Of a stretch of 64,000 bases of DNA, positions 11,583 through 22,746 are shown one piece after another. The stretch is from Sphyrna mokarran (taxonomy: Eukaryota). Position numbers and translations under genes: made by a program. The notes below the pieces were generated by a model. It ran no database searches, was not told the DNA's origin, and saw only the letters and a program-made list of their open reading frames with translations. Every line of letters begins with the position of its first letter. The stretch's first letter is position 1. The DNA lies in contig JAGIQG010000006.1 of assembly GCA_024679065.1 (NCBI GenBank), positions 130,014,001-130,078,000 on the forward strand, given 5' to 3'.

Positions 11583-13792
11583 CATAGTAGGGAATCATTT
11601 GGCTAATCAGGTCTGTACTGTCTCTTTGAAAAAGCTATCCAATTAGTTTCACTTCCCTGCTGTTTCCCCATTCCCTGCATTTTTTTTCAAGTAATTTGTT
11701 AGTTCATCATGATCTGTTGACTGGTGGAGCCAGTTGGATGGGCTGAATGGCCCACTATTGTTACTATTTCTTGTGATCCTATGTATTACAGTTAAAAATA
11801 TCAGCATGCTGCTAGCAGATGTCTTTGATTTTACCAATCAGCCCCAGCTTGAGAATGAGGTGTAAATACTCATAAAATTTGATTTGGTGGTTTCAAAAAC
11901 GTAATGATTACCAGAAGAAAGCTATATAAAACGGAAGTGTGCTAGTTGCTATCTTGGACTCTGTCCCATCATTTCCAGTTTTGAAAAGATGTGAGATTGA
12001 GATGAAAGGATGCCTGAATGAGATTTGGGTGGTTGACTAAAATATTTTCAAAGTTACTGAGAACATGACAAGCAAGGCCAACAACCATGTTGGACTTTAT
12101 CCAGTTGAGGTCAATGTGGTGATTAAACGTCCATGTAGTCACAAGAAAAGGATGTTACAACAGCTTAAAATGCTTTTATCCGTGGCTCATTAAATGTTCC
12201 CAGCAGCAATGCGATTACATTCTGTATTACAGAGTTGTATTTTAAGTATCCTGGTCAGTTTTTAAAACTTTCATTTATTTTCTAGAATGCATTCTAGTTA
12301 CAAGCACTTGTTGCTTCTTGTGTATTATTTTCAAAGCTTTTATGACCTTCTTGCTTCTTTACGCTTAATGGCACAGTGAAGAATTATATAGAATTTTTAA
12401 CAATGCCTCTAGTAACACCTTTCCCTAAATTCAGATTTATTGGTGAATGAGGAAAATAACATAACATGTTGTGGAAGAACTTATCCTTATAGGATAAATG
12501 GTTTGAACCCATTTATTAATATTTTACATTCACGGGTAGTTGGCAAGGCCATCATTTATTGCCCATTGCCAACTACCCTTGAGAAGGTGGAGGTGAGCTG
12601 TCACCTTCAATTCAACTGAGTGTCTTAGGCCATTTCAGAGAGCAATTGAGTCACCCATTGCCGTGGAGTCTGGAGTCATGTATAGTTTAGGCCACCAAAT
12701 TTACTTTGCAAATAACATTAGTGAATTTGATGTGTTTTTACAACAATCCAGTCATTTCATGATCACTTTACTAATACTTGGTTTTATTTCTAGATTTATT
12801 TAATTAATTATTTTGAAATTCCCCAGGAGTCACATCTCTGGGCTATTTTTCTGATGTATGGATTACTCATCCAGTAATATAGCTGCCATACTCCATGCTT
12901 CACCTGTGTTATTTCCCAAAGTAAAAAAATATTTTAAAGAATTTTTAAAGTAATATTTCTCTTTATGTATTTATAGGCTTTGTTTTATATGAAGGAAGTT
13001 CATTTTTTTCTGTTCTTGTGAGATTATGTTCTCATTGTTGAGTATATTAACCACGAGTTTATACTGTTCTCATGAAGTGAAAACATATTTGGAAACACCG
13101 TAGAAAACATAAAGAAGAGAAGAATCCAAAGTTTAGAAGTGCAGTCATCATACATTAAGATAAACTGTCAGGATATTATAGGGGATTCGAACCAATCCAA
13201 AGCATATACATTCTTGGATCTTAGAAGTAACATGGTTGTTCAAAAAAGATTTTCAAGAATATATTATTGATTCCTTCCTTTGGAGAAGCTTTTGAGAGGT
13301 GAAATAGAATTACGAGCAATTAAAAAAAGTTGCTTTTTAGGGACTGCGATTTTATTTTGCAACAGTGGCTGCTTATTGATATTTGAAGTGATTATGACAT
13401 TGGAATCGGAAAGGCTGATTCGTACTTTATTGAAACATCAGAAGTTTTCACATCTCCCAATGAGCTACAAAATGTACCTTGCTAAATAGAAATCATAGCT
13501 TTCCACAATTTTATTTACTTACAGGAGCAATCTCAATGGCTATCTAAAATTCTACCCGTGTAAGGATAATTTTCAAAGATTCAAATAATAATATCAATGT
13601 TTTTGAGATTTATGAAAGAAAATTATTTGAAGTGGTAACAGAAAATGGTTTGATATGGATTGTTATCCAATCTGAATTACCATGCTGATGCAAGGACATT
13701 CTGAATTTCGAATTGGCATCACCAGACTTCACAGTTCCATGTCTTCTGCAATTGCCAATAGTCTCATTTATATTTTCTTTACAAATGCACAG

Positions 13793-13955
13793 GAAGGAGT
13801 TCCAAGACCTACAGTGTCTGTACAAAGAAAGCATTGAACATGCAGCCCAGCAAGCTGATGTCATCCAGCAGCTACAGGCCCTCAACCTTGATACACAGAA
13901 GGTGCTGAGGAATCAGGAGGATGCCCATGCTTTGGAGACCAAGTCCTTTCAAAAG
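13793..13955 (+). CDS. CNTLN: Centlein internal coding exon
   Basis: Pyrimidine-rich tract plus CAG acceptor, AAG|GTAAGT donor. (R)KEFQDLQCLYKESIEHAAQQADVIQQLQALNLDTQKVLRNQEDAHALETKSFQK closely matches recalled human KELQELQNLYKQNSTHTAQQAELIQQLQVLNMDTQKVLRNQEDVHTAESISYQK. Confidence 0.92.
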
Positions 13956-14142
13956 GTAAGTGGGGCAATTCTTTTAAGTGAAACAAATTTTAAAAGGTTT
14001 AAAATTACAAGTTACTTTGACAAACCATGTGGTAGTTTTTTTTATTTTCTGGCAATGGGGTTAATCAGGTGGACTGGGTCACCTGGCTTGTTATAAGACC
14101 TATGTCTGGCTTCCGTTCTCCTAATGACCTGCATGGTGTAGT

Positions 14143-14416
14143 GGGGTGGCATGGTGGCACAGTGGTTAGCACTGCTGCCTCTCAACACGAGGGATCATTC
14201 CTGGCTTGGGTCATTGTCTATGTAAAGTTTGCATGCTCTGTTCTCCCCGTGTCTGTGTGGGTTTCCTCCAGATGCTCGGGTTTCCTCCCACAGTCTGAAA
14301 TACGTGCTGTTTAGGTACATTGACCTGAACTGGCACTGGACTGTGGCGACAAGGAGAATTTCACAGTAACTTCATTGCAGTATTAATGTAAGCCTTATGT
14401 GTAACGAATAAACTTT
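14143..14416 (+). mobile_element. HE1/V-SINE-like tRNA-derived SINE
   Basis: GGTGGCATGGTGGCACAGTGGTTAGCACTGCTGCCTC head, central TTCTCCCCGTGTCTGTGTGGGTTTCCTCC, tail TTTCACAGTAACTTCATTGCAG. Confidence 0.85.
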
Positions 14417-15666
14417 CAACCTTTCCATTCACTTTGTAGTAAATTTACTCTAATCTGTTTGCAAAATCAAGCAATTAAACTTCCAAATTGATAATTTTGT
14501 AAAAATACAATTTATCTATTAAACAGCTGACTTAAATGCTTATTTATTGATGCTAAATTAAATCATCATTTATTTGAGATCAGTCTGAGGAGTCGAACTT
14601 TAGTATGTTTTTTAAGAGGCAAAGTAACATTGTTTGTATCCCTTTAAGAAGAAAAGGTGAATGGTTTTATTCAGCCGTGTAGTGGTTTTACTAGAAAGGG
14701 AATGAGTGATGTAGAGAGTATGTAAAAGTCTTCTCTCCAACTTCTCTAAAAGTTTCCAAAATTGCCTGAAGCAAAATCTTGAATCATCCAGACATTGGCA
14801 GGTTTATATTTATGGGATTGTCCATGCACCATGGGCCAGGCTAACCTGGGGCAATGTTTCTAGGGAAACCTGTGGAAAGAATTCTACCTAAAATTTTCTG
14901 ATATTGTACAGCCATTGTATAAAATATAGGCTCCAAGAGCAAAAACCTCATTCTTCTTCTCCAAATATCGTAAAAAGTTGTTGCAGGTTATATATTCTGT
15001 TATATGTTATAGATATATTATATATATGATATAGTCTGTATATACATATTATTGTTTTGCCTTTATTGAACTTTATTGTTGTGGTGACTTTAATAGCGAT
15101 TAAAATTAAGCTGGGTATATAATTGGTGTTGCATCTGATCTTGCTAGTTTCTTTTAGGTGGGATAGGACTAGATGTCTGATGATCATGAAAGATGCTATA
15201 TAAATGCAAATTAATTTTTCTTTGACCTCCCATCTGTTACTTATTTAAAATAGAGTTGTGCCTGGGCTCTGGGCGCTGTGTTTGTGCCCCCAGCAGTGTG
15301 TCTGTCCCTTTATTTTAGTATTTAACCCACTGGCAGACTCTGAAGAAATACTGTTCTTCTCTCCAACAGAATTTCTGTCTGTCTCTTTTATCCTGTCACC
15401 TTTTGTTGCTTTCTATTTCTCACCTGCTGTTTGAAATTTAGTCTGATTTTCCTTCTCTTCAGAGTCATTCATTTTTGGAATATTGGCTCTATTCTCCCTC
15501 CACAGATGCTTTCAGACCTGTTGCGATTTTCCAGCATTTACTGTTTTTCTGTTGGGTGTTGATCATTTCTCCCAATACTGAATTATTTCAGGTTATATTC
15601 CGCTATGTCAATGTAAATATTCTTTTTGACTCTATTCTATGCTGATAATATGTATTTTTATGTCAG

Positions 15667-15861
15667 CACTACAACGAGCTGAACATGCGTTATGATGCAT
15701 TAAAATCCAGTGAGGTACAGCACCAGCAAAGATACCTTTCTCTGACTGCCCAACTATATGAAAAGGAGCAACAGATAAACCAGCTTCTTGAAAAGCTACA
15801 ACAGGCCCTCGATTCTAAACAAACTGCAACTTACAAGACTACTGCTAATTGTTTGGAACAG
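15667..15861 (+). CDS. CNTLN: Centlein internal coding exon
   Basis: TTTTTATGTCAG acceptor, CAG|GTAAGA donor, 195 nt, phase 0-0. HYNELNMRYDALKSSEVQHQQRYLSLTAQLYEKEQQINQLLEKLQQALDSKQTATYKTTANCLEQ resembles recalled LYNELHICFETTKSNEAMLRQSVTNLQDQLLQKEQENAKLKEKLQESQ. Confidence 0.9.
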
Positions 15862-16011
15862 GTAAGATACTGAATAATAACAGTTGTTTGTTCTATTGCA
15901 GCAAACTAAAATGTTGACGGTGTAAAAGATTTATTCCTGAAATTATGGGGGTGAATGATGAGCTGGAGATAGAAAATCAAGACCTTCTGTCTTAGCTTCT
16001 GCAGTTAGACC

Positions 16012-16300
16012 ATGAGAACTAGGAGCAGGAGTAGGCTATTTGATCCCTTGAGCCTGCTCCACCATTCAGTAACATCATGGTTGCTCTTTTCATGGACCCA
16101 CCTCCACTTACCTGCCTGCTCACCATAACCCTTAATTCCTTTACTGTTGAAATATCTATCTTTGCTTTAAAAACATTCAATGAGGTCACCTCAACTGTTT
16201 CACTGGCAAGGAATTCCACAGGTTTGCAATCCTTGGGTGAAGAAGTTCCTCCTCAACTCAGTCCTAAATCTGCTGCCCCTTATTTTGAGGCTGTGCCGTA
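16012..16300 (-). mobile_element. CR1 3' end (host element, continues at 17821-18235)
   Basis: GAGAACTAGGAGCAGGAGTAGGC tail; interrupted at GAGGCTGTGCC and resumed at AGTTCTAGTTTCACCCGCC. Confidence 0.8.
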
Positions 16301-17820
16301 GGATGCCTTAATAATTATTCATCAAAATTTGCTGGATTCTGGGGAAGTGCTGGAAGATTGGAAAACAGTTAATGTTGCACCGCTGTTTAAAAAAAGCTAG
16401 TAGACAAAAGGCAGGGAATTATAGGCTGGTTAGTTTAATGTCCGTAGTTGGAAAAATGCTAGAATCTGTCTCAAAGAAGAAATAATGAGGCACCTACAAA
16501 AGAACGGTTTAATTAAGCAGACACAGCACGGATTCGCTAAGGGGAAGTCGTGTTTAATGAATTTATTGGATTTCTATAAGGATGTGACTAGTGTGGAAGA
16601 CAGGGGAACCAGTGGATATGGTGTGTTTTTGGATTTCCAAAAGGCGTTTGATAAGGCACCTCACAAAAGGTTGCTGCAAAAGATTAGGATGCAGGGAGTT
16701 GGGAGTAAGGTGTTAACATGGATAGATTGGTTGTCTAACAGAAAGCAGAGAGTTGGAATCAATGGGTACTATTCTGGTTGGCAGCTGGTGACTAGCGGAG
16801 TGCCCTAGGGATTGATGCTGGGGCCTCAACTGTTTACCATTTACATAGATGATCTAGAGGAGGGGACTGAGTGTAGGGTGACAAAATTTGCTGATGACAT
16901 AAAGATGAGTGGAAAAGCAAATTATGTGGAAGGCGCGGAAAATCTGCAGAGAGATCTGGATAGGTTGAATGAGTGGGCGAGGACCTGGCAGATGGAGGAT
17001 AATGTTAGCAAATGTGAGGTTATCCACTTTGATAGAAATAATAGTAGAAGGGATTATTATTTAAAAGGTGAAAAGCTGCAGCATGCTATGGTGCAGAGGG
17101 ATCTGGGGGTCCTTGTGCACGAATCGCAAAAACCCAGTTGGCAGGTGCAGCAAGTGATCAAGAAGGCGAATGGAATGATGGCCTTTATAGCGAAGGGGAT
17201 AGAATGTAAAAGCAGGGAGGTCTTGCTGCAATTGTACACAGTACTGGTGAGGCAGCAACTTCACTGTGTGAAGTTTTGGTTGCCGCATTTGCAGAAGGAT
17301 ATATTGGCCTGGGAGGGAGTACAGAGAAGATTCACTAGGTTGATACTGGAGATGAGGGGGTTAGCCTATGAAGAGAGATTGAATAGATTGGATCTGTACT
17401 CATTGGAGTTTAGAAGGCTGAGGGGGGATCTTATAGAGGCATATAAGATAATGAAGGGGATATATAGGGTAAAGGTAGAGAGATTCTTCCTGCTTAGAAA
17501 GGATAACAGGACTAGAGGGCACAGCCTCAAAATAAGAGAGTGGGGGGGGGGAGTTTAGATCAGAGTTGAGGAATTTCTTCACTGAAAGGGTAGTGAGTCT
17601 CTGGAATTCTCTGTCCATTGAAGTGGTGGAGGCTACCTCATTGAATATACTTTAGTCACAGGTAGATAGGTTTCTGATAGACAAGGGAATTAAGGGTTAT
17701 GGGGAGAAAGCGGGAAAGTGATTCTGAACCACTGCAGATCAGCCATGATCTTATTGAATGGCGGGGCAGGCTCGAAGGGCTAGATGGTGTACTCCTGCTC
17801 CTATTTCTTATGTTCTTATC
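16301..17820 (+). mobile_element. 5'-truncated CR1 LINE, RT domain with stops and frameshifts
   Basis: ORFs 16485-16808 and 16812-17558: QHGFAKGKSC, FLDFQKAFDK, SGVP*G, KFADDIK, WEGVQRRFTRLI, RRLRGDLIE; tail TTCTTATGTTCTTAT. Confidence 0.95.
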
Positions 17821-18235
17821 AGTTCTAGTTTCACCCGCCAGTGAAAACAACCTCCCTGCTTCAATCTTATCTATTTTCTTCATAATTTTATATATTTCTG
17901 TAAGATTCCCCTCCAATTCTTCTAAACTATAATGAATATTGTCCCACTCTACTCAGTCTCTCTGTACCCTCTCTATATATTCTTTCTCAAGAATATATAT
18001 TCTTGAGAATATTCAAGAATATATATTCTTGAATATATTCTTTCTCAAATAAGAAGACTAAAACTGTATACAGTACTCCAAGTGTGGTCTCACCACCTTA
18101 TACAGCTGCAACATAACCTCGTTTTTAAGCTCCATCCCTCTAGCAATGAAGGACAAAATTCCATTTGCCTTCTTAATTATCCACTGAAGTTTTTTGTGAT
18201 TCATGCACAAGGACACCCAGGTCCTTCTGTACTTG
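17821..18235 (-). mobile_element. Continuation of the minus-strand CR1 host
   Basis: ORF 17656-17916 (-) begins with GNLTEIYKIMKKIDKIEAGRLF; AAACTGTATACAGTACTCCAAGTGTGG is the reverse of PHLEYCIQF. Confidence 0.8.
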
Positions 18236-18799
18236 CTGTTACTGAGGACCTCACATCAGGAGCTGTTTAACAAAATTCTGCCATATATGTCTAGGACTAC
18301 TTATTTGCCACCAACCTAATATTGAAAAGATCCATAATTGTGACTTGTTTTAAATGTACATGTTTAGGTTATTTTATGAATTACTTCCAGGCAGGCAGAG
18401 ATTTTCCAACTTGTTCATAAACTGTGACTCCAGATCCATAATAATGTGGTTGGCTCTAAATTACCCTCTGAAATTATTTAGTAAGCCGTCAATTCAAGGA
18501 CAATTAGGGATTGGCAACCATTTCTGGCCTTGACGGTGATGGTAATATCTCATCCATGAAAGAATAAAAAAAAAATCCAAGGTGCCATCCTTTTTCGGTA
18601 TATCTGATGTATCTTTATGTATTTCGACAGCTCCACATTCCAGTGCACATATAGATTAGTTATCCCTGCAGCTGAAATTTCAAAGTTGGCAGTGCAATGG
18701 TGCCATCAGAATCTCAGGGAAAATATGTAAACTTACTATTTAAAAATGCAAGCTTTCTGATTTGGTTGTTGGATTTGTGCTCATGACTAAACCAAAGAG

Positions 18800-19700
18800 T
18801 AAAGTGGAAAAGCAAATTGCGTAGAGGGTGTGGAGAACCTGCAGAAGGATCTGGATAGGTTGAGTGAGTGGGTGAGGACCTGGCAGATGGAATATAATGT
18901 TAGCAAATGTGAGGTTATCCACTTTGATAGGAATAATGGGAGGAAGAATTACTATTTAAATGGTGAAAAGCTGCAACATGCGATGGTGCAGAGAGATCTG
19001 GGGGTCCTTGTGCACGAATCGCAAAAACACAGTTTGTAGGTGCAGCAGGTGATCAAGAAGGCGAATTCTAGGGGGATAGAATATAAAAGTAGGGAGGTAT
19101 TTTTGCAGCTGTATAGGGTACTGGTGAGGCTACAGTTGGAGTACTGTGTGCAGTTTTGGTCACTGCATTCGAGGAAGGATATATTAGCCTTGGAGGGAGT
19201 GCAGATAAGGTTCACTAGGCTGATACTAGAGATGAGGCGTTGGATTATGAGGAGAGACTAAGTAGGCTAGGTTTGTACTCATTGGAGTTTAGAAGACTGA
19301 GAGGGGATCTTATTATAGAGACATATAAGATAATGAAGGGGATGGATAGAGTACAGGTTGTGAGACTTTTCCCACTTAACAAAGATAGCAGGACTAGAGG
19401 TCATAGCCTCAAGATTGGGGGGAGGGCGGTTCAGATCAGAGTTGAGGAGGAATTTCTTCACATAAAGAGTGGTGAATCTTTGGAATTCTCTGCTGAAGTG
19501 GTGGAGGCTTCCTCGCTGAATATATTTAAGTCGAGTGGATAGGTTTTTGATTGACAAGAGAATTAAGGGTTTTGGGGAGAAAGCGGGAAAGTGATACTGA
19601 ACCACTGCAGATCAGCCATGATCTTATTGAATGGCGGGGCAGGCTCGAGGGGCTGGATGGCCGACTCCTGCTCCGATTTCTTATGTTCTTATATTCTTAT
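18800..19700 (+). mobile_element. 5'-truncated CR1 LINE
   Basis: ENLQKDLDRLSEWVRTWQMEYNVSKCEVIHF, LEYCVQFWS, RRLRGDL; tail (TTCTTATG)n. Confidence 0.95.
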
Positions 19701-20102
19701 GAACCTTGCCAGTACTGTTGAAATAGCCTTGTTGTGAGACAGCTGGACGCTTGGTGGCCATTTTTACAACAAGGATCTATAAGCAGCAAGCAAATGAATG
19801 ATTGAGAGGAAATGTTGGGACACCAAGGGAACTTGCTGCTGTTTCCTAGGTGAGGCTATGGATCATTAACATCACCTGAGGCATCAAAGCAATCCAATGG
19901 GACTTCAGTTTAACATTTTAGCCAGAAGGCTGTATCTCCCTCCATGCCAAACAACGTTAGACTATCTGCTTGAATTTGTTTAAAATTTGACTTACCTATT
20001 GTCAAGTGAGGGGAGCTAGGAATGCCAAGTCCTGTTCGGCCTCAAGTGTTTGCATGCATGTAAGCATGTGAGGCATAACATTTGGATTACTCAATATGCT
20101 TG

Positions 20103-20970
20103 TGTGACAAGAGGAATAAAAAACAGCATGAAAATTCTGTTCATGTGACACAGGAGAAAGTCCTAGAGGAATAAAGAGAGGTCCCAATGGGAGTCTTAGA
20201 GAGGGAGGGGGAATAGGGAGAGATCCCAGTTAAGAAGAAACAGAGGTGCAGAGAGAAGTTCCAATCAGAAAAACAGCTGCAGTCAGCAAACTCTTAAGTA
20301 GTGAGGGTTCAGGTGAAGAAGGTCAGAGCAGGTTGGATTCTGTCTTGCAGGCCAATGGGGTACTTTGGAGCAGTAGTGCTGTGCTTGACATGGCCGAAGA
20401 TCTGAAGTTGTGCTTGTGAGTTGATGCTGGAGTGCATGCTCAGTAATCCAGGGAACAGAGTGTCAGAGATGAGATTGAAATAATCTGAGGTGTTCTGTCC
20501 CTGGGTCAGTCTGAATTGGGGCAATGTTGAAAAGAATTCTAACACTAGATCTTTGAAGGTGAAGACTGTAGTCCTTCGTGAAAGAGTGTTTAATGATTGG
20601 TTGACTCAATGCTCACTGATATCTGGATGGGTTACTGAGAAATCCATGGGATCTGTCTTGGTTGCATTTGCTATTTATTGTGCAGTTTAGTATATTCAAC
20701 CACAGTTTGCCTGTTACCCTGATGCTAACCCTGAACATTCAAGAGTATGTGATATTGTGAATTGTTTAACATTCTGATCTAATGAAATATAATAATGAAG
20801 TTTATTTTGTTTTTTCAAAAGATATGGAACCTTGTGCCTCTATTCTCTCAGGAAGTGTCTTAGATCTCAAATTTTGTTTACTTTAAACGGAAAGTTACTG
20901 GTCTTTAACTGGATCATAACCAAAACCTTGAGGGGGCGGGGGGGGAGGTTCTGATTCAAGATCAGAACAA
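20103..20970 (+). mobile_element. Possible solo LTR (Gypsy-like), uncertain
   Basis: Begins TGTGAC; purine-rich first half, T-rich second half; ends near GGATCATAAC / GATCAGAACA. No TSD found; pattern impression only. Confidence 0.3.
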
Positions 20971-21901
20971 TATTGTGGATTGTACATACATCCATTTCAT
21001 TCCAAGATGAGAGGACTCCTAATGAGTCAAACTGACTTATTGACCAGACCCCCTTTTTGAATGGAGAGCAGAAATATTATGTTTTCAATGTTTGAACCAT
21101 TCAATTATCTTGTGAACACGTTTAAAGGGTTGCTGCAAGATCACTGTGAAAAAAGACAAACAAAAAGCAGGTCTTCTGTGATAACGCAAACCTCTTGAGA
21201 GTCTCAGTAATTGCCATGTAGATTTAATGAATACATGTCTTAATGAAACAGTTAGAATTTCCATACCTGTACTCATGCATGATTCCTATTGAAAATCCTT
21301 TAAGTTTTTATGGGTGGATAAAGGGCACCAATAGGGCATCATGCTTGATAAATATTTCATGCTGTTTACAGAAGAAGGTGTTTGAATGGCTGGTTATACT
21401 TGCTTTTTTGTTTTTCTTTAACCTGCCCACATCAAAGGTGATATCAATATGTAGCTATACCATTGTACAATGCACTTCCAATTACTAATTCATAGCATCT
21501 GACAGGATGAATGTATTTTGATCTAATTTAAAATTCTATTTCAACTTGACGGAACACTAATAATTTTAAATAGTTTTGGTTGTTAGAATTGTTTTTTTTG
21601 TGCTTAAGTGTCAGTAGAGGTCGACATTCTCACCTGCCATCTATTCATGTGAGAGATATCGTCAGTCTTCAAACGGGCAGTGAGGTTGCTTGGGAAGTGA
21701 TATGGATGGGGTGTACAGTTCCTACCAGCTGACCTCTAGAGTCACTCGGCACTAAGCCTCCAGCCTGTTATTCATTCTGCTAGCTAAAAGGACACATTTA
21801 AAGTGCATTGGGTTAAAGTGGATGAATAAAAGACGAAACTGGAGAAAAGAATTGTTACAAATGGAAGCAAAATATGTACTGTATTGATGTAGACCAGTGC
21901 A

Positions 21902-22201
21902 ATCATAGAATCCTACAATGCAGAAAAGGAGTATTCAGTCCATTGAGTCTGCGCCAACTACAATCCCATCCAACCCTTATTTCCATAACTCCAATAGCTA
22001 TCTTGCTAATCCCTTGACAGTATTTAGCATGGTCAGTCAACCTAACCCATACATCTTTGGTCTGTGGAAGGAAAGAGGAGCACGTGGAGGAAACCCATGC
22101 AGACACAGGGAAAACGTGCAAACTGCAGACAGTCACCCGAGGCTGGAATCGAAGCCAAGTCTCTGGCACTGTGAGACAGCAGTGCTGACCATTGTGCCAC
22201 C
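21902..22201 (-). mobile_element. HE1/V-SINE-like SINE
   Basis: GGAGGAAACCCATGCAGACACAGGGAAAACGTGCAAACT...CAGCAGTGCTGACCATTGTGCCACC; tail AATCATAGAATCC. Confidence 0.85.
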
Positions 22202-22605
22202 AATATTAACATTAGTTCTCCAGAGTAAATTTGATCATTCACTACCATATAGTGCGATTGACACTGCATTGAGGAGCATTTTTTTGTTAAATTTGCCTGA
22301 ACAAATTTGATTCTCATGCTTATTTTCTTTCGCCTAATTGAGAACGTATGCACCATATAGACGTACCAACAATTGGTTGGATCATTTTTCATGTGTTTGG
22401 GAGAGCTGCCGAAACCAGGTGTGAGGGTGTTCATGAGCAGATACAGAAGGTGTGGTGCCTGCTTTATGACACTGCTTTGAGATTCGCCTGTCCGGTGGTG
22501 CAAACAGTGTATCTGCTCCCTTCAGGAACTGCTGCAGTCTAGCAAGTAGTTGTCATCAGAAAGATAGGTAAGTGGAGCTGGGGGGCAGGACTATGTCCCC
22601 TCCTC

Positions 22606-22746
22606 CTTTGGAGCGCTGTTGCTTTATCAGGACTCACCTGATGAAGGAGCAGTGCTCCGAAAGCTTATGCTACCAAATAAACCTGTTGGACTTTAAACTG
22701 GTATTACTGTGCCCACCCCAGTCCAACACTGGCATCTCCATATCAT
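22606..22746 (+). mobile_element. Penelope terminal-repeat element (family A variant) with hammerhead core
   Basis: CTGATGA (22638-22644), A, GGAGC-AGT-GCTCC, GAAAGCTT; preceded by a short imperfect antisense arm (CTTTGGAGCGCTG...ATCAGG); same CCCCAGTCCAACAC tail; flanked by TCCCCTCCT direct repeats at 22596 and 22746. Confidence 0.75.

Noticed and set aside
14143-14215. tRNA gene
   Set aside because: The A/B-box-like head runs straight into a SINE body and tail, with no intact cloverleaf; the same holds for the other SINE heads.
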